A stretch of DNA of 64,000 bases. Source: Azolla caroliniana (Eukaryota > Plantae > Polypodiophyta). Position 1 is the stretch's first letter; every line of letters starts with the position of its first letter. The translations under genes and the position numbers were made by a program. Shown here one piece after another: positions 1 to 11,915 of this stretch. The DNA is taken from contig JBHGNT010000008.1 of the NCBI GenBank assembly GCA_043228905.1, positions 12,090,001 to 12,154,000 of the forward strand, in the 5' to 3' direction. The notes beneath the pieces are model-generated. The model had not been told where the DNA came from. It saw only the letters and a program-made list of their open reading frames with translations, and searched no databases.

Positions 1-1
1 T

Positions 2-898
2 TATCTCTTCTTCACTTGCCGCGAGTGCCGTCGTTCCTTTCCGGTCCTGCCCTCGCCGATCCGGACCTCTCCGGTCCGTGGCTCCCCGGTATGCACCGTT
101 TCTCTCCGGTGACTTCTTCAAATCGGTGTCGTCGGCTCCGTTGTCCTTTCGGTAATGCCGACAATTCTTCCGGAAGTGCCCCGGCTTCCCACAGTGGAAG
201 CATGTGGGTCTTCCTCTTGACTGTGACCGGGTCCCCGACTTCTCCCGTCTTTGCGGACTCCGGTTCCATTGTCTTCCCTGATCCGATTCGGTAAGCAGCA
301 TCTTCGGATCGGAAACCGGTTCTTTATCTCTCCGACGCGCTTCTTCGTTCAAAATGCTTGTCTTTACCGTTTGTAGAGACAAGTTATCTTCGGTGCAGGA
401 GGTGCTGAGAGTCACCACCAAGTTCTCCCAGCTTTCCGGCAATGTACACATCAGAATGATGGCTTGCATTGCATCCTCCAACGGGAACTTGATCGCCGCA
501 AGCTGGTTCACGAATCCCATGAATGTGCTCACGTGTTCCACCATATTCTCGCCGTCCCGGTACTTGAGGTTCACTATCTTCCTCATCAGGGAGGTCCGGT
601 TCAACGCATTCTTCCTCTCGTAGAGGCCCGACAGCTTCTTCCACATCTCATATGCGTTGGTGTCGTTCGCCACATGTTGCAGAACACTTACATCTACATA
701 TTGCCGGATCGTCGCTACGGCTTTCCGGTTCAGGAGCTTCCACTCCGACTCTATTACCCCCTTGGGTATCTCGGCATTGTCGATCGGTTCGTACAGGTCT
801 CGGACGATGAGAAGGTCTTCCATCTTTATCTTCCAGTCGGCATAGTTCTGTGAGTTCAACACCATCATGCCCGGAGGCCCACTACCGCCGCCTTCCAT
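2..898 (-). CDS. gag: Copia Gag (N-terminal part of the polyprotein, open off the window edge)
   Basis: My translation from the ATG at 898 reads MEGGGSGPPGMMVLNSQNYADWKIKMEDLL...LPESWENLVVTL..., with an in-frame zinc knuckle CFHCGKPGHFRKNC near 160-202. It is absent from the ORF track because no stop lies in the window. Confidence 0.88.
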   Translation of the reverse strand, partial: MEGGGSGPPGMMVLNSQNYADWKIKMEDLLIVRDLYEPIDNAEIPKGVIESEWKLLNRKAVATIRQYVDVSVLQHVANDTNAYEMWKKLSGLYERKNALNRTSLMRKIVNLKYRDGENMVEHVSTFMGFVNQLAAIKFPLEDAMQAIILMCTLPESWENLVVTLSTSCTEDNLSLQTVKTSILNEEARRRDKEPVSDPKMLLTESDQGRQWNRSPQRREKSGTRSQSRGRPTCFHCGKPGHFRKNCRHYRKDNGADDTDLKKSPERNGAYRGATDRRGPDRRGQDRKGTTALAASEEEI

Positions 899-914
899 TT
901 TCTGTGTTACCGTC

Positions 915-926
915 GCTCTGATACCA
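915..926 (-). promoter_or_regulatory. Primer binding site, tRNA-iMet (copia A)
   Basis: TGGTATCAGAGC on the minus strand, 3 nt from the LTR end. Confidence 0.95.
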
Positions 927-929
927 CTT

Positions 930-1632
930 TGTTAAACACGGTGCTCGGCCACAACCGAGGAATAGGATCAACTCACACAGAAAACGGGAAATACCAAGAT
1001 GCACGAAGACAATAGAGAGAAAAGTACACAGGATGTTTTACGTGGAAAACCCTAAATGGGAAAAAAAACCACGGAAGTCCTCAAACTCCAACTATCACTA
1101 TGAACAGAGATGTACAATGGTGAAGCCACAAGGCAACAACCTTGAGCTCACTGTCTACGCCAACAGGCGGTGGTAATACACAGAGGCAACGACCTCTTCG
1201 TCTTTCTCTCTCTCTCTCTCTCTCTCTCGGCTGCTCTCTTCACTCTCTCTAAGTGGAAAACAGAAAATGAGCAACAACAGCTAAACTGTTTGCCCTAAGT
1301 CATATTTATACACATATGACTTTCGGGCTATTTACAAATATAGTCTCCGCATCCGGATCTCTCTCCGGGTACATTCATCATCCGGCTCCGTAGCCGGGGT
1401 CTTCGTCATCCGGCTCCGTAACCGGGGTCTTCATCATCCGGCTCTGTAGCCGGGTCTTCGTCATCCGGCACCGTAGCCGGGGTCATCTCTTCGTCATCCG
1501 GCTCCGTAGCCGGGGTCTTCATCATCTGGCTCCGTAACCGGGTACTCTTCATCCTCCGGTTCCGTAACCGCAACCAGGCCTGCCGTCATTCATCTCCGGA
1601 CATCCCATCCGGAGGGACCGAAAATCCCAACA
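930..1632 (-). repeat. 5' LTR of copia A (~703 bp)
   Basis: Minus strand TGTTGGG...TTTAACA, adjacent to the PBS; contains (TC)n at ~1205-1228. Confidence 0.88.
1375..1570. repeat. Tandem ~28-32 bp repeat array in U3 of the copia A LTR
   Basis: About 7 copies of TCATCCGGCTCCGTAGCCGGGGTCTTC-like units. Confidence 0.9.
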
Positions 1633-4600
1633 CAGTGATCAACGACATTGCCGGCCCAGTCGGCATCAGTGTAGCCGACCAACTGTGGGGCTATATCGGT
1701 CCGATATAGCAGTCCGCGGTCCTTAGTGCCGCTTGCGTACCGCAGTACGCGTTGCGCACATTGAAGATTCTCCTCGGTAGGTCGCGCCATGAACTGACTG
1801 ATCACCCCGACCGGATAACTGAGATCGGGTCGGGTGATGGTCAAGTAGACAAGGCTTCCGACAACTTGTCGGAACTTTGTCGGATCACAAACCTTGCCGG
1901 AATTGGGGCGAAGCTTGACAGTTGTGTCCAAAGGAGTCGAGACGGACTTACAATTTGCCATCCCGAATTTGAAGAGCATATTCAACGCGTAATGACGTTG
2001 GCGGATTAGTATGCCTTCGGGGGTGCGGATCACTTCGATCCCGAGGAAGTAATGAAGGTCCCCCAGATCCTCCATGTCAAATGATGCCGCAAGCTAGAGC
2101 TTCACGCGGTTGATCTCACCTAGGTCGGCGCCGGTGATGACCAAGTCATCAACATAGAGTAAAATACTGACCGGCCCAAGTCGACCTTTCCGAATGAACA
2201 ACGAGGAGTCCGATTTTGACGTCGCAAAGCCCATCCGACGGAACCGATGCGTGATTTTTGCATTCCAGGCACACAGGGCTAGCTTCAGTCTGTAAAGGGA
2301 CTTCTTCAATCGGCATATTGCTGACGTGTTCGGTTCGGAGTGAAATCCGGGGGGCTGTACCATGTACACTTGGTCCTCAATCTCACCTTGCAGGAATGCA
2401 TTCTTTACATCCATCTAATGTAGGTGCCACCCCTTGGCCGCGGCTACTGCGAGCAAAACACGGATGGTCGTCATCTTTGCGACCGACGCGAACGTCTCAT
2501 CGTAGTCGATGCCGTGTTTCTGCGCGTAGCCTTTTGCCACTAACCGGGCCTTGTCTCGGTTGACCGAGCCGTCGGTGTTGCACTTGACCTTGTACACCCA
2601 ACTACATCCGATCAGCTTCACACCCTTTGGTGCGTCAACCAGATCCCAGGTCTCGTTTTCCGCCAATGCGTGCATCTCTTCCTCCATCGCGGCGCGCCAA
2701 TTCGCGTCCTTCGCCGCTTCTGCGTAGCTCCCCGGCTCACGCACTTCCGCTACACAGGTCATGTACGCATAGTGATGCGCCATGTACTCGTTGTATCCAA
2801 ACCGCACAACTGGGTTCTTTTGGCGGGTAGATTGGTGTAATCGGTCATTTGCCGATGTCGAGGTCTTCTCGGCCGACGCGGACTTCGTTCCTGATGGCCC
2901 ATCGCCGCTTCCCTCGGAGTCAGACTCGCATCGGTCAGACTCATTCCTATCCGTGCCGGAATCCGACACCTTCTTCTTCCCTTTCTCTTCGCGCGTAAGC
3001 CGTCTCCTCGGTTTCCTACGCGGGGAATTCACGGCCGAGTCTCCACTACTCGTCGGCTCTTCATCGGATTGTTTGGAACGACTCAGTCGTCCATTCGGTT
3101 CACTTAACCGAAATGAAATCGGACTCTCTTCGGGGGTTCCGATTTCAGGCTCAGCCGGAGGCACCTCGGACTCGCTGTCGTCATCGTCAAAACTCGGATT
3201 GGAGGTGAGGTCCGGAGTCGGAGGCAAGTACCAGGACACGGACTCATCAAACACAACGTCGCGGCTCATGCGCGGTTGTTTGGTACGTGGGTTATAGCAC
3301 TTATAACCCTTCTGCTCGTCCGAATAGCCGACCAAGATACACTTCTCGGCTTTTGCGTCCAACTTCCTCCTTTTGTCCTTCGGCACATGTACATACGCAA
3401 TGCTACCGAAAACTCGTAAATGCCGCAAATTCGGCTTTATTCCAAAGTATAGCTCGTGCGCCGACACTTTTTCTCCGATCCGGTTCTGGATGTATACTGC
3501 AGTTCTTACCGCTTCGGCCCAATAGAACTTGGGCAAGCTCTTCTCCTCCAGCATTGCGCGTGCAACTTCCACAACCGACCGATTTTTTCTCTCGGCCACG
3601 CCGTTTTGCTCCAGCGTGTATCTACAACTAAATTTGCGCCGAATTCCCATCTGTTATAGATAGCCGTTAAATTGACCGGAAAAGTATTCTTTTCCGCCAT
3701 CTGACCGCAATCACTTGATCTTTCTTCCTGTTTCCGTTTCCACGAACCCTTTGAGGTCCCGGAAACAGTCGAAGACTTCGCTTTTCCTCTCAATGAGGTA
3801 GATCCACGTGTGCCGTGTGTAGTCGTCGATGAAGGAGACAAAATATCGGCTCCCGCCAAGACTAACGTTTTGTGCCGGCCCCCACACATCAAAGTGTATC
3901 AAGTCTAACTTGTTCCGGCTCTGATTACGCTCATTTGGGAAAGGAAGTCGGTGTTGCTTCCCAAGCTGGCAGGCTTCACAAATTTGTGCCTTCCGGCCAC
4001 TAAATTTTGGCAATCCAAACACCACTTGTTTCGATTGCAGGTCTTGAAGCCGCTGGTAGTTGACGTGGCCTATCTGTTTGTGCCATAAGTCGATGTCCGA
4101 CTCGACTTTTTGTCCCTTCACGAACATTGCGGTGCCACCGTCAGTAGAGTCGAGGATAAACATCCTCCCATCTCTGCGCCCTTGCGCAATAATACGGCCT
4201 TCGTCCTCAATGAAGCACCCAAGATGTGTAAACCGAACCTGCATCCCCTCCTGGTTGACGATCTTCCCGACCGACACCAGATTCTTCGTGATGGTCGGGA
4301 CATGTAACACGTTCATAAGTTTCCCTTTCTGCCCGACATGGCTCAAGGGAACTTCACCGACATTCGCGATCGGATGCGGAGTGTCGTCTCCAGTTGCGAC
4401 TACTCCTGGTTGCGTCGGTTTCTCAAGGTATGAGAACCGAACCACTCCTTGTGGCATGTCATGTGGTTTGACGTGCCGGAGTCGACATACCACACCTCGT
4501 CTGATTTCGGGGTGGACTAGTTCATTGAGTTTGCTTTGTGTCTCGTCACGAAGACTGACCCTTTTCCGGTTTTTCCGGTTCCTTCGGCGTAGTGCGATCG

Positions 4601-5486
4601 CTGCCGATTTCCTTTGTCGGTATGTCCAGAACCAGACCTCTCCGACTCGGCATGCTTCTTCTAGCACTCGCTCTCCTTGTGGCCTTTCTTGCCACAGTAC
4701 CAGCATTCCGTGGCGGATTTCCCTTTCTGGTTCTCGTCGCCTCGACTCCCCCTGTTTCCGGAGGGTCCGGAATTGTTGTCGGCATCACTTCGGTGCGTTC
4801 TTCCTTGATCCCGTCGGCCGCTTCCATCGCGTACCGACTCGCCTCGTCCGCCACGACCACGGGGCCTTTATCCCTCCGTGTACAACATCTTGCTGTCGGT
4901 GTGCGTGCTCGTCGATGCACCCGCGTGGTTCTCCTCTACCAGGAGCATCGACTGTAAGTCGAAAAAGGACGGCATATGCTCCCGAGTACACACTGCAGTT
5001 CGGAACGCCCCGAACTTCGACGCCTCCGAGATAGACCTGAACCATCTCGCTTTCCTCGATGTTCACATCGATGGAAGCTAAGGAGTCGCATATGTCCTTA
5101 ATCCTCGAGGTATAGTTAGCCACCGACAAATTGCGTTGTTGTAGGTTGCTCAACTCCTGTCGAAGCTGAAGCTTCTTGGCTGTGGTGCTCGCGGCGAAAA
5201 TCTTCTTTAGGTTTTCCCATGCACCCTTCGGCGTTTTTGCATCCCGAACGTAGCTTAGCAGTTGTTCACCCATACAAGACCCAAAGCAGTATAGCACTCT
5301 GCTTGCCGATTGTTCCCACGCTGGGAAGTCTTTGTGTGTCGAATCGGGTGCTGTGTCATTTGCTCCATCGACATAGCTCCAGTAACCATGTCCAAGCAGG
5401 TACTGGTGCATCTTGTAGGACCAAGATGTGTAGTTGTTTTTGTCGAGCTTCTCCGTTGGAAGCGAGCTAGCCATTCCTTTGTCCAT
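1633..5486 (-). pseudogene. Degenerate copia gag-pol polyprotein
   Basis: ORF pieces: gag 4785-5486; GAG-pre-INT/INT 3711-4706 (WHKQIGH..CEAC, FIDDYTR); INT-RT 2415-3650 (QNGVAER, KARLVAKG); RT 2094-2414 (MDVKNAFL, YVDD); RH (YTDADWAG). Broken by frameshifts and CAG>TAG stops. Confidence 0.95.
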
Positions 5487-5556
5487 CGGTTTTCTTGTTC
5501 TTCTTTGTTGGTTTATCCTTCAAGCAAAGTCAGCTGGAGAGGTTCTCAACCCTCGC

Positions 5557-5568
5557 GCTCTGATACCA
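5557..5568 (-). promoter_or_regulatory. tRNA-iMet PBS of copia B (duplicate copy at 6810-6821)
   Basis: TGGTATCAGAGC abutting the LTR end. Confidence 0.93.
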
Positions 5569-5982
5569 TGAAAAGAATGGCGTTCGGAAGCAATATAGGA
5601 AAACCGAACAACAGAAAACGCGGGTTTAATGGAAAGCTTAGGTTTTCACAGTACGCACAGGAGAGACAGAGAGAGAGTAACACTAGAACTTAATTTCGAA
5701 AAATAATACTCAATCTGTACATAGGATGTGCTCAATGAGCACTTTTATACAGGCCCTGACAATGGGCTGACACAAGTACTGACAATACTTGACTGCTCAT
5801 AAATGAGCCTCGACACTTACTCCCAAAACTATTCCTTACGAGGAATATCTTTCTAACGGCCTTTCGGTTTACGCACCGATACGGCCTTTCTACGCACTGG
5901 TCTGCGTACCGGTTTTATGCACCCAGTCTACGCACTGGTTACACATCGTATTACACACAAATGTTGAGCTTGTCTCTCAACA
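5569..5982 (-). repeat. 5' LTR of copia B (414 bp)
   Basis: TG...CA ends (plus strand tgaaaaga...tctcaaca), next to the PBS. Confidence 0.88.
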
Positions 5983-6821
5983 ATATACAATGTGAATAAG
6001 TTCCGACATTATTTATTGGGTCGAAAATTTACTTTCCATGTTGACCATTCCGCTCTACTATATTTGGTGTCAAAACAATCCTTGATTGGGAAGCTGGCTA
6101 GATGGACATTACTACTACAAGAATTTGAATTCGACATCGTTCATCGACTAGGGGTGCAACATGTTGTAGCCGACTGGATTCAGGAGAACCAGGTATCGGT
6201 GTTCATGATGACTTTCCGGATGCACAACTGTTTCGGGTGGAAGCTGAGAATACAACAGAAGTTGATGACGAAATCACTGACTTATGGATCACAAAAATGA
6301 TGGTATTCCTTAGTATCGAATTACCTCATGAGGGCATGTCACCTGATGAACGAAACGACTAGCGGTTCAGAGTCGGACTTTCTACTTGCTCATGGAAACC
6401 TTATATCATAAAGGAGCAGATGGAATTTGGAGGAGGGTGATTCGGCAATTAAAAAAAGAAGCCATTGTACGTGAAGCACATTGTAGTATAGCTGGAGGTC
6501 ATTATGTAGGAGAAACGACAACCCGGAAAATTTGGAATAGCGGACTATGTCAACAACGCCGATTGTTCCCACGCTGGGAAGTCTTTGTGTGTCGAATCGG
6601 GTGCTGTGTCATTTGCTCCATCGACATAGCTCTAGTAACCATGTCCAAGCAGGTACTGGTGCATCTTGTAGGACCAAGATGTGTAGTTGTTTTTGTCGAG
6701 CTTCTCCGTTGGAAGCGAGCTAGCCATTCCTTTGTCCATCGGTTTTCTTGTTCTTCTTTGTTGGTTTATCCTTCAAGCAAAGTCAGCTGGAGAGGTTCTC
6801 AACCCTCACGCTCTGATACCA

Positions 6822-7235
6822 TGAAAAGAATGGCGTTCGGAAGCAATATAGGAAAACCGAACAACAGAAAACGCAGGTTTAATGGAAAGCTTAGGTTTTC
6901 ACAGTACGCACAGGAGAGACAGAGAGAGAGTAACACTAGAACTTAATTTCGAAAAATAATACTCAATCTGTACATAGGATGTGCTCAATGAGCACTTTTA
7001 TACAAGCCCTGACAATGGGCTGACACAAGTACTGACAATACTTGACTGCTCATAAATGAGCCTCGACACTTACTCCCAAAACTATTCCTTACGAGGAATA
7101 TCTTTCTAACGGCCTTTCGGTTTACGCACCGATACGGCCTTTCTACGCACTGGTCTGCGTACCGGTTTTATGCACCCAGTCTACGCACTGGTTACACATC
7201 GTATTACACACAAATGTTGAGCTTGTCTCTCAACA
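6822..7235 (-). repeat. Duplicated copy of the copia B 5' LTR
   Basis: Offset +1253 from 5569-5982, with the same PBS and same flanks. Confidence 0.9.
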
Positions 7236-7863
7236 ATATACAATGTGAATAAGTTCCGACATTATTTATTGGGTCGAAAATTTACTTTCCATGTTGACCA
7301 TTCCGCTCTACTATATTTGGTGTCAAAACAATCCTTGATTGGGAAGCTGGCTAGATGGACATTACTACTACAAGAATTTGAATTCGACATCGTTCATCGA
7401 CTAGGGGTGCAACATGTTGTAGCCGACTGGATTCAGGAGAACCAGGTATCGGTGTTCGTGATGACTTTCCGGATGCACAACCGTTTCGGGTGGAAGCTGA
7501 GAATACAACAGAAGTTGATGACGAAATCACTGACTTATGGATCACAAAAATGATGGTATTCCTTAGTATCGAATTACCTCATGAGGGCATGTCACCTGAT
7601 GAACGAAACGACTAGCGGTTCAGAGTCGGACTTTCTACTTGCTCATGGAAACCTTATATCATAAAGGAGCAGATGGAATTTGGAGGAGGGTGATTCGGCA
7701 ATTAAAAAAAGAAGCCATTGTACGTGAAGCACATTGCAGTATAGCTGGAGGTCATTATGCAGGAGAAACGACAACCCGGAAAATTTGGAATAGCGGACTA
7801 TGGTGGCTGACTACTATGAAAGATGCGGTGGAGTGTTGTCGACAATGCGACTTGTGTCAACGT

Positions 7864-8582
7864 TGTCGTGAAGATTTTCGTCCACAAGCGGAAACCCGAG
7901 CAACGAGAGCCAAAGAGCGATGTGCAACGTTGCACATGTACATAATGTATTTGTAATAGTAATAAGGGTAAAGTGTATGGTGCTAGAAATGCCCCATAGG
8001 ATCCCTAAGCTATAAAGGTGATGTGGTCTTGTGCGCACATCCACGCGAGAGAGAGAGAGAGAGGTACTATGCGGTACATAGGTACCTAGTTGTTTGTGTG
8101 GAGGTGGGAGTTAAGGGGCCATCAATCTCACCCTCCCCAAATCAAGGCAAATATCCCCTTTGAATGAAAGGGGATATTTTAGTCTCACTTTTGTAAACGG
8201 TCTTCCCTCGTGCTATAAAAGGAGAGGGAAGGCACCATTGTGGGGGTTGCCTATTTTGAGTGTGTAAGGTATACCACATAGGTCGAGTGTTAGGGTTAGG
8301 GTTAGGGTTTCTTTATCTTTATCTTCATCTTCGTCGGTTAGGGTTTCGAGTAGTCGTTTGGTGCGGCCTATGCGGCCACCATTTTGTAATCGTTCATTTC
8401 GTTTTAATATATCTTGTGGATCATCTTGTCTCCATCTTCCTCTTGTTCGATCTAATCTCTTGTTCATTCTTCTTCTTCTTGAGCAAAGCTTCCATTCAAT
8501 GTCTGATTCCTTCTCCTCTACTCCTTAGTCCAAGACCCTCGTGGTCCCGCCCTTCTCCACGCACGCGTGTAGCAACGCGACA
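7864..8582 (+). mobile_element. Solo LTR (719 bp) with 4-bp TSD ACGT
   Basis: TGTCG...CGACA ends. Removing it plus one ACGT restores the integrase codons TGT CAA CGT ATG GGC (CQRMG). TATA-like CTATAAAAGG at ~8213. Confidence 0.92.
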
Positions 8583-9914
8583 ACGTATGGGCCAACCTAA
8601 TGAAAAAGATCGAATGCCTCATCAACCAGTGTTGCCACTTGAACCTTTTAAAAAATGGGGTCTCGATTTTGTCAGGCCATTTAAACCGGCAGCGACAAGA
8701 ACAGGTAACCGATATGTCGTAGTCGCCACCGACTATTGTACGAAATGGGTCAAAGCCAATGCTCTGCGAGATAATACGACAACGTCAACGACTAAGTTTT
8801 TATACGAATGCATATGGTGCAGATTCGGTTGTCCAATCGAACTTGTCAGTGATCAAGGTACTCATTTTGTTAATAAAGTCATTTTTGAATTATCCCACTA
8901 TTATGTAGTAGTGCACAAAAGAAGTACACCATATTACCTGCAAGCAAATGGATTAGCTGAATCTAGAAACCAAACACCCCAAACTATTCTGAAGAAAATA
9001 GTGAATGAAAGTCGGACGGACTGGGATTAGAAGCTTCATAGTGCTTTATGGGCCTATTGAACGACCTACAAAACTATGATTAGGTCCACTCCATTTTGAA
9101 TGTCGTTCGGCTTAGAGGTGGGTTATGCTAATAAAATTTCAAATTCTAAGCTTATGAGTTCAAGTCACAAAGTGATTAGATGAAGAATAGTTGGAACAAA
9201 TTCAGAAAGAGTAGTTACTTGAACTAGAGGAGAGTCGATTACAATCAATGTGGCACTTAGAGAAGAAACAACGGAAAACAAAAGCTTTTGTCGATTGACA
9301 CCGGAAGAGTAAGGAGAAACCATTTGACATCAACAAACCTGTTTTAGTGTTTCAGACCAAAATGGGGTCTATGCTTGGAAAGCTACGGTTTAGATGGACC
9401 GGCCCGTTTTGGATTGTTAATAACTACAACGGTACATACCAAATCGGTACGTTGGCAGGCGAAGTTTTACCAAAATGGGTGAATGGATTTTGACTCAAGC
9501 CGTATCAAGGGTTGACTCTAGCAAATCCATTATGACTAGAAATTTTATACAAAGCCAACGACAGTCAGCCAACTAGCCTGTAGGAGTCTGGAAATTTATA
9601 ATTGTAAATAAATAAATAAATAAATATATATAATGAAAAGAAAAAGAAACATAAAATAGAAAACAGAATATTTTCTTGCCATCATTACTTCTTGGTATGA
9701 CTCTTTTCACATTATATATAGACATGCACGCTTATTATTGCATCATGGTTAAGTGGTGGCTATTCAATACACATTTATAGAAAATTCTATGTTTATTCTC
9801 TGATCTTGAGTTATGGATCTTTCTTTATCAAAAACCTTTTTAGTCAGTTACTCTACTCTAGAAAAATGCAAAGAAAACTTAGCCTTCAGGAACATACAGA
9901 CATACAAAGCGAAG

Positions 9915-10370
9915 TGTTGTCTAGAGGACAGAAATGTAAAGGTAGGAAATTAGCAAACGCCGAGTCCGAGTATCACAGGCCACCAATGGCTCGGCTGTAT
10001 GTTAGGGGAAAAGTTATTTAAACGAGGAGTAGTACCTTAGAAAAGGAGAGAGAAGAAAATTATAGGCGGAAGCACTAGCTTACTCATTCGAAGTAGATAA
10101 ACTCGTAAGGTCACCGGCCATAGGCCGTGTTCTGTAATCCTTTTCTGCCATAGTAATATATTTTAATTGTGCCTATTTTGCTGCATGAGTCTGTGTTTCG
10201 ATCTATACCTATGAGTTTCACACCGCCACGTCTATCAAAACCTCGCTAGTGTTTTCTCTCTGAGCCCTGTATCTCTCTCGACGCCTCTATACGAGCCTTC
10301 ATGTACCACGCCCTTGAAGACCGATAGACGCAGATCTATCGAAGGTGTTCACCCAAAGGAACGGGTAACA
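9915..10370 (+). repeat. 5' LTR of element D
   Basis: TGTTG...TAACA; matches 19901-20356 with roughly 15-17 substitutions by eye. Confidence 0.97.
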
Positions 10371-10375
10371 CAATT

Positions 10376-10387
10376 TGGCACGCCCGG
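10376..10387 (+). promoter_or_regulatory. PBS complementary to the tRNA-Arg(UCU) 3' end
   Basis: TGGCACGCCCGG 5 nt after the LTR; plant tRNA-Arg(UCU) ends ...CCCACCGGGCGTGCCA (recalled sequence). Confidence 0.85.
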
Positions 10388-10419
10388 TTACAGTTGTGAG
10401 TGCACAACGAACTTCATTG

Positions 10420-11915
10420 AAGGTAACCACCAACCGCCGTTACGGCGCCCTCTCGCACCACGAGGTCTCGGCCACCTGCCCGACGCCCTGAGCCAGTCGA
10501 AGGAACTTCCGACTCGGCGGTCACTGACCAATCCTTTCCCGATCAATTGGGGGCTTGTCCAGTGCAATCCTCGCCACCGGACACTCGATCGCGAGTGGAT
10601 TCACCACCAGAGCCCCTGTCGAGCCCTCCGGAGGTCAACCAACCGGAACTAAACCCTTTTTCGGTGCTACCAGAAGAACCACAGTACGACATCACGCCGT
10701 ACCCATACCCACGATATGCCGACGGACCTGACGCGGAGTCACACGTCTGTGCCTTCATATCCACGTGGTAGGCTAACCACTCCACGCACCGCCTCACACC
10801 GGCCGAAATCGATGCATCGAAGATTGCCGAGTTCACACTCTCCCTCGAGGGACCGGCCGCACGATGGTACTCTCGTCTCGAAATAGGAGAGGCCACCATT
10901 TTCCAAGTCGTGCGCACAAAGTTCCTTGAACTTTTTCATCGCGAGGTGCCTAAATGGGAACTGCTACGGAAATTCTTCTCTATATGCCAGGAACCGCACG
11001 AAACGGTCGCGTAGTTCACGATCCGGTTCCAAGATCTCTACAGACAAGTGGCCAATGATGTCTCGGCACAACATATACCGGACACTTTCCTATCCAGTTT
11101 ACGAGAGCCTCTACATACTTACAAATTTCGCCAACCATACTATCGAACAAGTCATAGCGCGCATTCTCGCCCTCGATCGGAACCAGCACGACACGGCCTT
11201 CTCGATGACATCCTTGCAAAACGCTCTTCCCCAAGAGGACAATCTCTTTCGCCAAGCCCTCCAATGCACTGCGTGTTCAGGATTAGGACACGTGGCCCTC
11301 GAATGTCCCCACCGACCACAGTGTCCGATCTGTCAGTCTCGAGTTCACACGGTCGAGCAGTGCGAATATAATATGCTGAACCGCACAACGGTGGCACCGG
11401 TCCGCCAGATCGAGCCATGAAATACATACTCTCGGCAAGACGAGCGATATATCTACCGCGACCAGGATAACGACCAACCGTGATCCCCGGATGGATGGCG
11501 CCGAAATGACGACTACCAACGTGATAATCGCCGTGATTATTATCGCGATGACCGGCACGACGATTATGCTCGATACGATGACGATCGCGATGATCGGTAT
11601 GACCGAAGGAACTCACGCATGGATCGGCGAAACGGCAATCGCAACACACGCAACAACAGAAGACCTAATCACAACCGCCGACGGGACGCTCTTCAACATG
11701 ACCAGCGCAACTCCAACACACCTAGGAACAACCCACTGCCAAACGAGATCGAGGATCAACAACAACAGCTTCCACACACAGACCGAGCGGACACCAGCAG
11801 CTCGGCCAACGTGACATGTTTTAAATGTAACCAACCAGGCCACTACGCCACACAATGTCCGACAACCAACCGTGGAAAGGCCCCCGTGGTAAACAATATC
11901 ATGGCCGATGTTTGA
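10420..11915 (+). pseudogene. gag: gag of element D (broken)
   Basis: YPRYADGPDAESHV retrotransposon-gag motif; knuckles CTACSGLGHVALEC, CPICQSRVHTVEQC and CFKCNQPGHYATQC; start approximate. Confidence 0.85.

Larger units (their letters stand above)
1..1632 (-). mobile_element. Ty1/copia LTR retrotransposon A, 5' part (LTR, PBS, gag); inserted into the RNase H of copia B and continuing off the window start
   Basis: LTR TGTT...AACA at 930-1632, tRNA-Met PBS and an intact gag. It interrupts copia B right after GYTDADWAGNVVDH. Confidence 0.93.
1633..5982 (-). mobile_element. Ty1/copia LTR retrotransposon B (5' LTR to start of RNase H), inserted in gypsy H
   Basis: LTR 5569-5982, Met PBS and copia domain order gag-PR-INT-RT-RH. 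The right flank is gypsy RNase H (IYNVNKFRHYLLG). Confidence 0.95.
5305..7802. repeat. Tandem duplication, period 1253 bp (5305-6549 and 6558-7802) with an 8-bp filler
   Basis: Near-identical copies spanning copia gag, LTR and flanking gypsy RH. ORFs 5992/7245 and 6386/7639 are duplicated. Confidence 0.96.

Noticed and set aside
1375-1570. Regular ~30-bp repeats, here and at 62810-63620, as a possible CRISPR-like array
   Set aside because: The units are contiguous with no unique spacers, there are no cas genes, and they lie inside eukaryotic TE sequence.
4060-5034. Long antisense ORFs (e.g. 4060-5034, 47907-48485, 42782-43396) as genes
   Set aside because: They are shadow frames of GC-rich gag/pol coding sequence with no recognisable motifs.
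5569-7235. Two identical-family LTRs 1.25 kb apart as a TRIM
   Set aside because: The duplication extends beyond both LTRs into shared flanks, there is no PPT, and the junction carries filler, so it is a tandem duplication.
8260-9030. 256-aa ORF with a hydrophobic N-terminus fused to integrase
   Set aside because: It is chance read-through from the pyrimidine-rich solo LTR into the host integrase remnant.
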